Assembly (NCBI GenBank): GCA_030390025.1
Contig: CM059432.1
Location: forward strand, 48,114,001-48,178,000
Length of the DNA stretch: 64,000 bases
Direction: 5' to 3'
Source: Squalus acanthias
Taxonomy: Eukaryota
The position numbers and the translations under genes are program-made. The notes below the pieces were generated by a model. The model was not told where the DNA came from. It did no database searches and worked only from the letters and a program-made list of their open reading frames with translations. This document shows positions 49,680 to 63,819 of the stretch, piece after piece; positions within the stretch are counted from its first letter, which is position 1; each line of letters starts with the position of its first letter.

Positions 49680-51808
49680 TATTGGTCAAGGCCATAGAGG
49701 GACATACAAAAAGGACAAAAATTTAAAACTAATAATTGGGGAACAGGAAGATATTGTAGGTTCATTAAGGATGGGGGTAATGGCCAAGTGGGGCACAGTT
49801 CAGGAGAAGGTATGAGTTTTGAACGAATTGGAATTAATGAGGGTGGAAGATGGGAGACCAGCAATGAGAGTTCGAGAAGTAGAGTGTGGAAATGATGAAG
49901 GCATGTTTAAGGGTTTCAGTGGCAAAGAGGCTGAAGTGGTCAATGTTGCAGCAGTCTTGGTGATCAATAGGATGTGCTGTTGAACAGGATGCCAAGATTA
50001 TAAATGGTCTGATTCAGCCCGAGAGAGTGGATGGGGAGGGAAATGAAACCAGTGGCAAAGGAACAGAGTTTGTGGTGGTTGCCAAAGCTGGGGCTGGAAG
50101 TTGTGACTCATCCAAGACTGATGTTGGACAGCAGTCTAATAGAACAGAGGCAGTCAAGGGGTTGAGAAGTGATAAAAACGTACAATTGGGTGTTTTCAGC
50201 ACACATGTGAAAGCTGGCTCTAAATACTGGCTTAGCATCCTGCAAGGTACTCATACCTGGACGGAGTGATCACTGGCTCAGTGGTGGTATTCCTGCCTCT
50301 GAGTCAGAAGGGCTTTTTGCGTTCCACTCCAGATAGTCCCGACGAACGGAGACCGGAGCACCAGCTCGGAATTCTGGGTAGGCATCGTTACTTGCATCTG
50401 AAGGGTGTGGGTGCCCCCCAGTCCCCCATCGTAAAGGGTAGGTGGGGCTCTTTAGACTTGGTTATAGCCCATCTAAGAGAAGGTACTCCGAAGATTAAAA
50501 TCCGTGAGGTAGACAATGGAAAACCACCTCAGCTACTCATCCCTAGTATGTGGCTCAAGAATCTCATGTGTGAGACTTGAGTTATGCTCTGCCTTCGGGC
50601 AGAACACATCGCATGGACGAAATACTTCAGAGGCTTTTCAGCTTAATCTTGTTTTTATTGAATGCATGCTGCAGAGGTGTTTCAGTGTAGGAGTTTGTTT
50701 ATAGGTCACCTTGACACCATAGAAACAGCATTAAATTTAGTCTGCAGTAACAAAACAACCGCAGCATGAAGCTGTATGTTTCCCGACAGCAACTGGAACT
50801 GCAAGTTTAATAAGTAGATTGAATAATTTTGCGTGAAGCTCTTCTGTTTTGTACGGTTTATAGGAAGATTGTGAAGAAGTTGTTGATGTGATGTAGCATA
50901 TTTCTTTGGGACCCAAAATTCACAGCCCTTGCGGTGCAGTCCCAGCATAACTCTGACAGGAATCCAGAGGAAGGATTGCCGGGACCCGGCCTTCCCAGAA
51001 CTTTCTGCAGGGCCTCATTAGGGGTAGAGCCTCCGCCAGCCCCAGACACCGCCAGCAGCATAGACAGGTAATGGCCGAGATGGGGACTCTCAGGTTGGGA
51101 GTTGCCGTGTACCCGGCCCAGAATGAGATCAGTGGATGTATAGAGAGAAAGCAGACGTATCGATCTGCCAACCGGCAGAAGAGGGGCCCAACTTGGGGGG
51201 TTCAGGCCTGGACTTGTCATAGAGGCCTGAAGATCTTTTCAAGTACAAGTTTTCCTCGGACCCGTTTTAAAAGGGGGCAATGGCCACACTATGGAGATGT
51301 TTCTGAAGGAGGCAGGCACCTCCCTTCAGTGAAAAAACAATATCACAGCATTTGTTAATGTAAAGGGGACTTATCACAAGATTACAGATTGTAGCAACTA
51401 GGAGCTTGCAACTCCCATCTGGAGTAGTGTATCCCTGTGATTTAGCCCTGCAGTCCGTCAATCAAAACATCAACCCAGAAAGACTACGGCTTAGAAATTC
51501 GATAAGGCCTGAAAACGGGCGGTGCCACCGACCGCAGGGTGAGATTTGCTCGCGGCCATAAAAAAAAATCGCAGGCAGCATGTTATTTTGGTGATGCCTG
51601 CTGATTTGAATGAATTCAGCGCACAGCCGAGTGACCAATGCGCTGCTTCAGGCCGTGTGCTCAGCAGGAGGCCCAATGTCGCATCCCTATAGCGTCCCTG
51701 GAGCGAGGCTGCCTTTTCTTAAAGCAAGGCTGTCATTTTAGAAAGCAATCTCGATCCCTTAAAGGGGAACTGCCTTTTGAAAAAAAGAATTAAAAATCAT
51801 TCAAAAAT

Positions 51809-54800
51809 CTTCTTCTTCTTCTTAGGCAGTCCCTCGGAACCGAGGATGACTTGCTTCCACATTAAAAATGAGTTCTCAGGTGACTGATGAGTCCAATGCG
51901 GGACCTACAGTCTCTGTCACAGGTGGGGCAGACGGTGGTTGAAGGGGCGGGTGGGTGGGGTGCTTGGGTTGACGTGCGCTCCTTCTGCTGCTTGCGCTTG
52001 GCTTCCGCTTGCTCCTGGCGAAGAGACTCGAGGTGTTCGGTGCCTTCCCGGATGCTTCTCCTCCACTTTGTGCGGTCTTGGGCCAGGGATTTCCAGGTGT
52101 CGGTGGGGATGTTGCACCTTTTCAAGGAGGCTTTGAGGGTGTCCTTGAAGCATTTCCTCTGCACACCTGGGGCTCTCTTGCCGTGTCGGAGCTCTGAGTA
52201 GAGCGCTTGTTTTGGGAGTCTCGTATCGGGCATGTGGACGACGTGACCCATCCATCGGAGCTGATCGAGCGTGGTCAAAGCTTCGACGCTGGGGATGTTG
52301 GCCTGAACGAGAACTCTGATGTTGGTGCGCCTATCCTGCCAATGGATTTGCAGGATCTTGCAGAGGCAGCATTGGTGGTACCTCTCCAGTGCTTTGAAGT
52401 GCGTGCTGTACATGGTCCATGTCTCTGAGGCATACAGGAGGGCGGGTATCACTACTGCTCTGTAGACCATGAGCTTGGTGCCAGGTTTGAGGTCCTAGTC
52501 TTCCTCAGGTGACCGAAGGCTGCACTGGAACACTGAAGGCGGTGTTGGACTTCGTCATCGACGTCTGCCCTTGTTGACAGTAGGCTCCCGAGGTATGGAA
52601 AGTGGTCCACGTTGTCCAAGGCCTTGTCGTGGATTTTGATAATCGGGGGGCAGTACTGTGTAGCGGGGGCAGGTTGTTAGAGGACCTTTGTCTTATGGAT
52701 GTTTAGTGTAAGGCCCATGCTCTCGTACGCTTCGGTGAAGGTGTTGACGATGGTTTGGAGTTCAACCTCCGAGTGAGCGCAGACGCAAGCGTCGTCTGCA
52801 TACTGTAATTCGATGACAGAGGATGGGACGACCTTGGATCTGGACTGGAAGCGACGGAGGTTGAACAGTTTCCCGTTTGTTCTGTAAATTAGCTCCATTC
52901 CAGTGGGGAGCTTACTGAGGGTGAGATGGAGCATTGCAGCAAGGAAGATCGAGAAGAGCGTTGGTGCGATAGAACATAGAACATAGAACATAGAACAGTA
53001 CAGCACAGTACAGGCCCTTCGGCCCTCGATGTTGTGCCGAGCATTGTCCGAGACCAAGATCAAGCTATCACACTCCCTATCACTCTGGTGTGCTCCATGT
53101 GCTTATCCAATAACCGCTTGAAAGTTCCTAAAGTGTCCGACTCCACTATCACAGCAGGCAGTCCATTCCACACCCCAACCACTCTCTGAGTAAAGAATCT
53201 ACCTCGGACATCCCTTCTATATCTCCCCCCATGCACCTTATAGTTATGCCCCCTTGTAACAGCTGCCTCTACCCGAGGAAATAGTCTCTGAACATCCACT
53301 CTATCTATCCCCCTCATCATCTTATAAACCTCTATTAAGACGCCTCTCATCCTCCTCCGCTCTAAAGAAAAAAGCCCCAACTCCCTCAATCTTTCCTCAT
53401 AAGACCTCCCCCCCAAACCAGGCAGCATCCTGGTAAATCTCCTTTGCACTCTTTCCAATGCTTCCACGTCCTTCCTATAGTGAGGTGACCAGAACTGCAC
53501 ACAATATTCCAAATGTGGTCTCACCAAGGTCCTGTACAGTTGCAGCATAACCTCACGGTTCTTAAACTCAAACCCTCTGTTAATAAACGCCAACACACCA
53601 TAGGCCTTCTTTACTGCTCTATCCACTTGAGTGGCAACCTTCAGAGATCTGTGGATATGAACCCCCAGATCCCTCTGTTCCTCCACGTTCCTCAGAACCC
53701 TGCCATTGACCCTGTAATCCTTATTCAAATTTGCCCTACCAAAATGAATCACCTCGCACTTATCAGGGTTAAATTCCATCTGCCATTTTTCGGCCCAGCT
53801 CTGCATCCTATCAATGACACAGCCTTGCTTGACCCCGAATTGGGTCTGTGGTGGAACCGTTGGTCAGGATCACGGCTTGCATGTTGTCGTGAAGCAGGCA
53901 GAGGATGGTGACAAACTTTTGAGGGCAGCCGAATTTGAGGAGGACACTCCATAATCCCTCATGGTTGACAGTGTCGAAGGCCTTTGTGAGGTCAAAGAAG
54001 GCCATGTACAGCGGTTGGTGCTGTTCCCTGCATTTCTCTTGTAATTGACACGCGGTCAAGATCATGTTCATTGTGCTCCTTAGTGGGCGGAATCCGCATT
54101 GCGACTCTGGGAGGAGCTCTTCAGCCACTGGGAGAAGGTGATTGAGGAGGATTCTTGCGATGACTTTCCCTGTGGCAGACAGCAGGGAAACTGCTCTGTA
54201 ATTACCGCAATCGGACTTGTCACCTTTCTTGAAGATGGTTACAATTACGGTGTCTCTGGGATCCCCTGGCATGCTCTCCTCCTTCCAGTTAAGAGAAATG
54301 AGTTCATAATTTGTGCCAGTAGTGCTTCTCCGCCATGCTTTAGTGCCTCGGCAGGGATTCCATCTGCTCCTGAGACCTTGTTGTTCTTCCGTTGTTGGAT
54401 GGCCTTTTCAACCTCATGCCGGGCTGGGGTTGTGCTGAGGTGGTGGCGGGTAGCATGCTGCTGGATGGAGTTGAGAACACTTGCGTCGAAGACAGAGTCT
54501 TGGTTAAGGAGATCTTCTAAGTGCTCCTTCCAGCGGGCACTGACTGCCTCCCTGTCCTTGATGAGTACCTCTCCATTCTTAGCCCGCAGTGGGGTAGGAC
54601 CTTGGGTGCTTGGGCCATAGGTGGTCTTGACTGCGCTAAAGAATCCACGCACGTCGTAGTTGTCAGGTAGCTGCTGGATCTCCTGCGCTTTCTCCACCCA
54701 CCATCTGTTCTTTAGGTCGCGAGTTTTTTGTTGGACCTCGGCCTTCAGGCGTCTGTAGAGCTGCTTTCTTGCTCTCGAGTTGTGTTGCTGTTTCCAGATC

Positions 54801-54878
54801 AGGAATACCTTGCGCTTGCGGCTTATTAGCTCCTGGATCTCCTGGTTGTTCTCGTCGAACCAGTCTTGGTGTTTCCTG
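51809..54878 (-). mobile_element. RTE-clade LINE, 5'-truncated, interrupted by a CR1 fragment
   Basis: GNYRAVSLLS, PESQCGFR, FFDLTKAFDTV, LQYADD, C-terminal CPTC...HLRTH and an (AAG)n tail. Confidence 0.92.
52970..53813 (-). mobile_element. CR1 3' fragment nested in the RTE
   Basis: WQMEFNPDKCEVIHFG...LVRPHLEYCVQFWSP, with a (TTCTATG)n tail. Confidence 0.92.
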
Positions 54879-54959
54879 GGGCAGTCTCTAGCCCATAGAG
54901 CTCAACTGGCTTCTGAAAAAATAACATTAAAAATCATTCCAAATTAGACAGTCTTCAGC

Positions 54960-56510
54960 TCTTAAAACTGAACTGCCTTCTGCACGTAAAAAATGGTAAA
55001 AGTGCTTCAGCACTGACACAAATGGCTCAACAGGCCAAGGAAAGGGCACCCAGGGTCTCGGATGCAGCACTCCAGCTTTGTGCAGCAGGTCAACACTGGA
55101 AGAGAGGTCCTCTACCCACAGGGACCAGGAGGCCCTCCAGAAAGAAAGATGTGGGACTAGATCGTCGAAGCCGTTACTGCCAGCAGTGTTGTCCTCACAA
55201 CCTGGCTCCAGCATCCAAAGAAGTTTCATGACCTCAGACCAGAGGTCAAGAACAGTGAACACATCTTCAAAAGCCATCTCCTACCAACTGCACCACTAGC
55301 CTCACACATTGCTCAATGCAGCTCCCCACATCCATCACTCACCTACCAACAATCTCTACCAAACACGAGGCACACCTCACATTCCCAGCTTTACCTCACC
55401 CCCTTGGAGGAGACGGTGCTGGTCATTTTGGCAGGGGCATGGCTGAGCCCGTGGTGGGCTGAAAGAATACAAGATGCTGGTATCCTCATACATTATCCTC
55501 CTTCTCACACCAGAAGAAGAAGAAGAAGAAGAAGAACGGAAACTATGGGCTGCATTTTGTGAATGGAGGCGAGTTGGAGGCGGGACAGCTGCTTGTCATG
55601 TCAATGTCCCGCCTCCATCCTCGCCTGACCAACTAGAGGGATTTTCCCCTGATTGAGCTTGTTAAGCCCGCCCTGTGGGCTCAGCAGGCCAATTAGGGAG
55701 GAAGTCACTGACAGATCACGTCAACGTCAGACGTGCTATCTGTCAAGACTTCTTGAAAGAAGAAAGTACAGTGTTTGACAGCTCTGTGAAGCTGTCAAAC
55801 ACTGACATTCTCTTTAGTTTGATGAGTCCTTGTGTTGAGGACTCATCAAACCTTTCAAATTTGTAAATTTCACATGTCTGTAGGAATGGAGGTTCCAACA
55901 GCCATTCTTTGAAACTGACAAGCAGGATGTCGGCACTCCCGATCCACTGCGGCTAAAGGCTGTAGGAAGAAAACAAGGTAAGTGAACACTTTTTTAAACT
56001 TATCACTCACCTTGCATACTTACCACTCCACACTTGCACCCATCACTCACCTCTACACCTTACTTCCAGGTGCCTCCGACCGCTGCAGACCTCCTCCATG
56101 TCTCCTCCAACCCAGCGGGGTTCTCCGAGGTCACACTTTAATAACTTTTTTACTGTATTACACCAAGCCACTACTTCTATAAAATATTTTTAAATGTCCA
56201 AAAGCTGAAATCGAAACTTACCTGAAAGATGTGTGTGTCCCTTTAAGAAGTGCTGACAGCATCTCTGCAGTACTGCTGTACGCACGTTCTTCCGTGCTTG
56301 GTTAGGAGAGGGCATAATGGCGTGCAGCGATGTCCAAAATCACAGTCATGCGTCAAATCAGGCAATGCGCGCCAATTGACACCACGATCTGCAAATTTGA
56401 ATTGGAGAGGCAAGCACTGGCAATGACAGTACTATCGACCTCTCCAAAATGGCAGTCGCTGTGTCCCACACTGGAAGCGGGCGGAAGTGAGGCGCCACTA
56501 TTTTTTGAAG
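54960..56510. mobile_element. Decayed Harbinger-related sequence with Myb/SANT-like start
   Basis: MAQQAKERAPRVSDAALQ at 55022. Parts resemble 16674-17517 in reverse. Confidence 0.5.
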
Positions 56511-56548
56511 AAATATGGGGGTAAAAATTCATTTTTTGAAGAAATATG

Positions 56549-57215
56549 GGGGTAAAAATTCACTTGGTTGCGCCTCCCATTAGCGCCTTAAGAGGGCGCT
56601 AATGGGGCGCAAAGCCACTAACGCCCGGGCGCAGCGATGTTTGCGCCGCTCGAGAACTTAACTTGAGATTGTGCGGCGGCGCTAAAACTTACCGCTGCGA
56701 CCACCTGCGCGCGCAGATTGTGACGTCATTCCATGGTGCAACGCCCTTGTGGCGCCCCGTAGCGGAAATTGAGTGGCGCCCCCTGCCTTACCGCCTGGCG
56801 CTTAGCAGAGACTGTGGGAGCTGCACTCTGAGCTCTTTGCCTGGTACTCTCCATTGTTCTTTCCAGCACATTTGATGTGCAAGTCTCTCCAGGCCGAGAT
56901 TCAAGGCTGCAATGAACAGGATGTGGATGGAAAGCAAGATTAACCATCCCCTTTAAGAACTGGCCCGTGCCATTGTGTGTGTGTTCCATTGCTGACTGAC
57001 ATTACATGAGCTTCGCCAGCGCTCCGAGTTAGCGCCTCACTGCTCGGCCTTTGCGCCTTAAGAGAGGTGTGCAGCGCCTGCTTTAGCGCTCCACTCACCT
57101 CCCGGGGCGGTAAAAGTGAAGTTTCCTGTCAGTGCCGATAATTAGCGCCAGGCGCTAATATTTGCGTCCGGACGATATTTGCGCCCCAAATGGGGCGCGA
57201 CCTAATTTCTACCCC
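56549..57215. mobile_element. Harbinger-type MITE, TSD ATG
   Basis: TIR GGGGTAAAAATT / AATTTCTACCCC. ATG at 56546-56548 and 57216-57218. Related to 48238-49023 in the opposite orientation. Confidence 0.75.
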
Positions 57216-57776
57216 ATGGTGTTAACGGTCAGCGCTAAGGTAGGGAATTTCCCGGCCAGCAGGTGGGAGTTTTGGAGTCAGATTATCCTTCTAGGATTTT
57301 ATAGAGACACTGGCTTTGAACAAAGGTCCCACCTTCTGGGAACACAGAATGCGTTGCTGGGGTAACAAAGGAAGTCACAAAGGAAGGTGAACAGAAGATG
57401 AAATTCCCTGGAGAAAATGAAGCTCAGGAGTAATAATAAACAACAAGTTTCTAGAGGAATGAAGAGACCAGAGAAGAGAATGACTGCAGCTAAAACAAAC
57501 TACTGTGAGTACTGGTATTAGGCAGACAGAGACATTGGAAAGAACAGCAGTTCCCCTTTTGGGTTGGTGTGAATTATATCTATCTGCCTTCTCACAATCT
57601 CCTCAAGAGGAAGCTGGTAACTTGCTTAATTTAAAGACTGAAGCAGAGTGGAAGCAATTATTGGATGAAAGGCAAGAAATGCAGAAGTGCGGCTCAGTAG
57701 TAGCACTCACACCACTGAGTCAAAAGGTCATGGGTTCAAGCCCCACTGCAGGACCTAAGCACATGACTGCACAGTG

Positions 57777-58626
57777 TTCAGTTCCATTCACAACTCCTCA
57801 GATAATGAAGCAGTCCACGCCCGCATGCAACAAGACTCAGGCTTGGGCTGAGAAGTGGCAAGTAACATTCTGGCCACACAAGTGCCAGACAATGACTATC
57901 TCCAACAAGCAAGAATCTAACCACCACCCCTTGACATTCAATGGCATTACCATCTCCGAATCCCCCATCATTAACATCCTGGGGGGCCACCATTGACCAG
58001 AAACATAACTGGACCAGCCACATAAATAATGTGGCCACAAGAGCAGGTCAGAGGCTGGATATTCTGCGACAAGTGTCTCACCTCCTGACTCCCCAAAGCC
58101 TTTCCACCATCTACAAGGCACAAGTCAGGAGTGTGATGGAATACTCTCTACTTGCCTGGATGAGTGCAGCTCCAACAACACTCAAGAAGCTCAATACCAT
58201 CCAGGACAAAGCAATCCGCTTGATTGGCACCCCATCCACCACCTTAAACATTCACTCCCTCCAGTACCAGCGCGCCGTGGCTGCAGTGTGTACCATCTAC
58301 AAGATGCACTGCAGCAACTCGCCAAGGCTTCTTCAGCAGCACCTCCCAAACCCGTGACCTCTACCACCTAGAAGGACAAGGGCAGCAGATGCATGGGAAC
58401 ACCATCACCTGCAAGTTACCCTCCAAGTTACACACCATCCTGACTTGGAAATATATCGCCGTTCCTTCATCGTCGCTGGGTCAAAATCCTGGAGTACTTT
58501 CACCACAGGGACTGCAGCAATTCAAGAAGGTGGCTCACTACCAACTTCTCAAGGGCAATTAGGGATAGGCAATAAATGTGGCTTTGCCATCGACACCCAC
58601 ATCCCAGGAACGAATTTAAAAAAAAC
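57777..58626 (+). mobile_element. 3' fragment of the 2334-6150 LINE family
   Basis: KAQVRSVMEYS...AWMSAAPTTLKKL and the same 3' tail. Confidence 0.85.
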
Positions 58627-59686
58627 CTAGGCTGACACTTCAGTGCAGCAGTGAGGGTCAAATCAAATACTGATTCATATCTTTACCATTCCTTCATTGC
58701 CCATAAGGTTTCCTTTTTCATTTTGCACCCCTACCTTTCCCTTAACTATTCTTTTACTTATTGTGTTATTATAAAGTCCTTTACTATTTCCCTTTATATT
58801 ACCTGCCAGTCTTTCTTCATATCCTTTCATAGCCTTTCTAAACATTTTTTCTCCTCCTCTATATTTTCTATAATGCATTGATTTTCTTTTGTGTTTTTAT
58901 CCATAGATTTGTCATTTATGTATCATAGACCTATTGTTTGCCCATCTATTTCCTTACCCACAAGCCTTTGAAGACTTCCTTTACTCCTCTCTATAAATAA
59001 TGAAGCAAAGTATTAATTAAGAAACCTTATCTGCCATAATGATCCCTCCATGCTCTCTGGGTGGCACCACCCCCTCAAAGATTCTTTTTCTCCTAATGTG
59101 TTTATAAAATATTTTCTATTTCCTTTTTTTAATACTCCCTCTTCCTTCCTAACCTCTCTTTGTTTCTAATTGTTATATTATTTCCCATGACTCTTCTTTG
59201 TTACCGGCTTTAACGTTGTTGTGTACTATTATCACCTTTATTTTCTATGAATTCATGGAACTACAACTCTAGACACAGGAGGGTCAATTTTAAGGGCTCC
59301 AACCTAGTGGAAACAGGGTGGTAGAGATCCAAAACTGGTGTCAGGTCACTTAACGCCCTGTTAATGCTGGCATTATTACTGAAGTCTCGAGGTTAAAGAG
59401 GAAGGATAGGTAGACTTGCTTTTTCCAATGAGAGAGCGAGAGAGAGAGAGAGGAAATAAGAAGGCAACTTTTAAAACCTACATATAACAGCTTGGTGGTA
59501 GAAAGAGAAAGAAAAGAATAAAGACGTGGGTGACCTACCTATTGGATTGCTAAAGCAGTGAAAGGGATAAAAATAGCTATCAGGTGGAACGACTGCTTGA
59601 TAATTTTTTTGGGTGTTGCTATTTTCAAAGTACCACCTGTAATAGCTAATGTCTGTTTGCTGGGATGAGAAAGAGAACAAAATCAA

Positions 59687-60198
59687 AACATAGGAACATA
59701 GGAACAGGAGTAGGCCATTGAGCCCATCGAGCCTGTTCTGCCATTCAATGAGATTATGGCTGATCTGCGACCTAACTCCATATAACTCCATATCCCTTAA
59801 TATCTTTGGTTAACAAAAATCTATCAATCTCAGATTTAAAATTAACAATCGCCGTTTGCGGAAGAGAATTCCAAACTTCCACTACCCTTTGTGTGTAGAA
59901 GTGTTTCCTAATTTCACTCCTGGAAGGTCTGGCTCTAATTTTTCGATTATGTCCCCTAGTCCTGGAATCATCAACCAGCGGAAATAGTTTCTCTCTATCT
60001 ACCCTATCTGTTCCCCTTATTATCTTGATAACTTCAATCAGATCACCCCTTAACCTTCTAAATTCGAGGGAATACAATGCTAATTTGTGTAATCTCTCCT
60101 CGTAACTTAACCCTTGAATTCCGGGTATCATTCTGGTAAACCTACGCTGCACTCCCTCCAAGGCCAATATATCCTTCCTAAGGTGTGGTGCCCAGAAC
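59687..60198 (-). mobile_element. CR1 3' fragment
   Basis: ALEGVQRRFTRMIPG...FYTQRVVEVWNSLP, plus tail. Confidence 0.88.
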
Positions 60199-60634
60199 TT
60201 ATTTCTCCACTACTACTGCTGCTATTCTGGGGAAGGGAAGAGGGATGAAGTGATGGGTGTGTATGACTGTATCAAAAAAAATAGTGAAGTAAACACAAAA
60301 GAATTCTGTACTGCCTAAGTGGTCCAAGTGCCTGGCAAAGATTTCCGCAACCCACAAAAGCATCATCTTGTCAACTACCTCTTTTTTTTCCTTCTCCCGG
60401 ATTGCACAGCCTTTGAAATAGAACCACAATTTCTTGTTGATACTAATTACCTGAATCGTCCTAGCTAACTACTTAATTGTGACAGCTGAGGGATTTCTCA
60501 TTAAAAGGAAAGAATTAATTATTAACTTTTTGTACAACATTTCAGAGAAGTAGAGTTCTTTCCTTGGAGCATCTTCCAGCAGCTAGCTAAAAGCTGGGTG
60601 CCAGCTGGGAGTGGGCAGAGCTACTACTGCCTCT

Positions 60635-61246
60635 CAGGGCCGGTCTTACGGGTGGGCGACCACCCAGGGCGCTGTGGTCAGGGGGGCGCCATGGTCAAGA
60701 GGGTCTGACATTAATGGCATCTTTCTCTGTGAAGAACTTGACTATCTCCAAAGTCTGCTTCCAATGGACTGTAGTGCTCCACAAGAAGTGCAAACTTCAA
60801 GTTTCAAGAGCAAGTTCCCAAACACATGGATAGCGCTCAGGATCCTGTTAACCATGTCCGTATCGGTGGCGAGCAGCGAACGGAGCTTCTCAAAGTTGAA
60901 GCTCATAAAAACATATTTGCGATCGGCCATGGGAGACAACAGGTTGTCTGTGCTGGCCATCCTGTCTATCGAGAATGATGTGGCTCAAAATATCTTGGTG
61001 AACAAAGTTTTTTATTTGTTATTTTTATTTATTAGTTTAGTGTTTAATTTAATATTTAGTTTATTTGTCACTTAGCTATAATGTTATTTTTTTATGTCTT
61101 GTATCATTTATTATTTAAATTATAAAATTCTTTTGAAATTACAGCTTTATTTCTGAAACTTTCGCTCATACTACTATACACTTAAACTCAAAGAGTGCCA
61201 AAATACAAGTTCGCCCGGGGCGCCATTTTCCCTAAGGCCAGCCCTG
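60635..61246 (+). mobile_element. Non-autonomous hAT transposon retaining the C-terminal dimerisation-domain segment
   Basis: TIRs CAGGGCCGG / CCAGCCCTG. Perfect 8-bp TSD CTGCCTCT (60627-60634, 61247-61254). FPNTWIALRILLTMSVSVASSERSFSKLKLIKTYLRS. Confidence 0.92.
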
Positions 61247-61450
61247 CTGCCTCTGATCCTTTTACTTCCTTACCTAGAAGCATGGTGTACAATGCAATGT
61301 TCAACTACTATCTGAGCCTGCCTCGAATATGCCTAAGATAATTCAGGGGCTCTTTGACCTGCCTACAGAAGCAAATGTAGACTTTTAGATGAGTCAGATG
61401 TTGTTTGTGCATAGAAAGCCAAGCCTTTAACCTGACCCTGGGGCCTGAGC

Positions 61451-63204
61451 TGTAAAGTTTCGCAATTATCGCGATTCGAAATAACGAGATAGAAGCAGAT
61501 TCGTTTGATCAGTTTATTTAAACGAAATGCTGTCATGATTAAACAGGACACAGAAGCCTGTAAAATGGCCGCCGCGCATCATGGCAGAAGTTTCCAGAAA
61601 CACAGTGGGCAGACAAGATGGCGTTCGAATAAACATTTTCAATATAAGACGGGGTCATACTCGATAAGCACTGATAAAGACAGGATGCAACCTATTTGCA
61701 TTTGTGACAATAGCAAAAGATACGAGTGCTGGAATCGTTTTCCATGCACAAGTAAGGACCATTGTACTGGGCAATCGAAGGCCCATCCAGACACATCAAT
61801 ACACAAATACCCCCACGGCTCTACAATGAGAGAGACATTGACGGGTGATTAAACAAGTATTCGGGGGCCCCCAAAACCAGTCAGGGAGACGATTCATACG
61901 ATCCTGGCTGGGTCAACAATGGGGAAAACATTAACGGGTAGTTGGCCAGTTTCAGGTGCTACCGAAACCCGTTAAAGACAAGAATCGCCCCATGCTGGGA
62001 GTTTTTGAGCGCCAATATTTCACAAAGGACAAACATTAAGATTTGGGCGGGAGATAAGGAAACACAGCACTATAACTATACTGAACAAATGTCCATCGGT
62101 CTCTTATCTCTGCTGACTCTTATTCTCCCGGCTGGCCTCTTATTCCCTTGATTCGACTCTTATTCTCCTGACTCGCTCGATCGCAGGCTGAAGCTCTTCT
62201 CTAGGGCTGGACTCTGTTGACTCTGGACTTTTAGCCGTACTGGACGGTTATTCGAATGTTGGGTGGAGCTCAATCGGAACGAGCTGCCTCGACAAGGGCA
62301 AGTGACCGGGTGCACCATCCCGAGAGTCGGTAAACGGTGTCTGGACCCGAAGGCCCAACAAGACAAGACGAAATGACAAGAAAAGAAGAAGAATCCACGT
62401 GCTGCCGCGGTCAGTAAACCCCGACCGCGCCCGAAAATATAGGACTCATTTCTTGAATTCTACGGGTTATTGCACGAATCGGTTTTGGGTCCATCGAATT
62501 CCTCATAACAACAAGAAAGACTCTTCATTGAATTCTACTGACAACTGGTGCCGGTACAGGAAGACTTTTCTTTGAGTTCTACAACCGGGCCCGAGTTCTG
62601 TCGAGTTCTTCATGACAACGGGGAGCCCGGCCTGCTTGCCGCAGCAGCGAAGATAAACAAGTGAGGTACAGAGACCCCTCCAAACACGTGACAGTCAGGC
62701 GCTGCAGCGAACGAGCCGAGTGCCTCACTTAAAAATTCTCTGAAGTATCACGAGTGGTGAGCATGTTTCCCGATCCTACAAATCTAGATGTAGTGTAGGT
62801 ATTGATAGGGGAGGGTGGTTTTATTAAGGATAAAGTATAATGTGTTCCCCTTTTTACGATGTGCCGTGCGTTCTTCATTACCATAGACCAAGCTTTATGA
62901 ATGTATGTATACTTGTACTCTCGTTAATTTGCGCCTATGACATGTACTTCATGATTTTGGACGCTATGCAATAAAGATTTCCATTTCGTACTATTCAACC
63001 GGGTCTATTTGAGTTTTTCTCTGCATTACTGCTCTCGCACCTAAGTCCAGTGTTAGAACCGTAAGGGCGAGTGGGTCGAACCACTCACAGGTGCTTATTG
63101 CAACAAGGCTGGCCGGAGACCAGAGCAAGCAATAGTATTAGGCAACGAAGGCCTAACCCCGCACCAGCACCGTCTGCGATACAAGCACGACAAAACCCCT
63201 TACA
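61451..63204 (+). mobile_element. Solo LTR (1754 bp) of the gag/env element family, TSD GAGC
   Basis: TGTAAAG...CCCTTACA termini. GAGC at 61447-61450 and 63205-63208. Diverged reverse complement of LTR-B. Confidence 0.95.
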
Positions 63205-63819
63205 GAGCTTAGGGTGTCTGATGTTGTGCCACTAGCAGGTGGCTTGGGGCCTGGCCCCTAAGTTTTGGAGTCTTGGGAGATGCAAGAAAGGTTGTCCTAA
63301 ACTACTGCCTTCCCCCACCCAGGTAAATATACTGTTGAGAATCACCAATTGGAACAGTTCCTCATCAGGTTCAATCACTAGTGATGTTAATAGCGCTTAA
63401 ACACTCGATGTGAAGACAGTCATTGCAAGCCTAAATATCAATCACAACAGATAAAACTATTACAAGAATCTCAGTACTGAATGAAGGGTAGTACAGGAAT
63501 CAGCGCTCTGCGAGCTCAAGCCAATTGGATCCTGGAATGGGAAATGAGGGTCTACTATAGTCACTTCACTATAACTATATGTGGCTATCTTGTTGGCCCA
63601 CATTTTAAGCCAGAGATATTGGGCATCAAGTAAGTGGTGCCAGACTACTTGCTCCATTTCTCTCTGTTCACAGACATGCCACTTCAGCTGTACCTCTGTG
63701 TAATGATGTGGAGCATGCATGCTTCTTTGACAAGTCTTTCATCCATTGGAATACCATCAATACCAGCAACTAAATGGTCTTTGTTAGGGATTTTGATTTT
63801 AGACTGAATCACAGTATCA

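Noticed and set aside
60611..61075. Host ZMYM/ZBED-like gene exon
   Set aside because: It lies within TIRs and an 8-bp TSD, so it is a transposon fragment.
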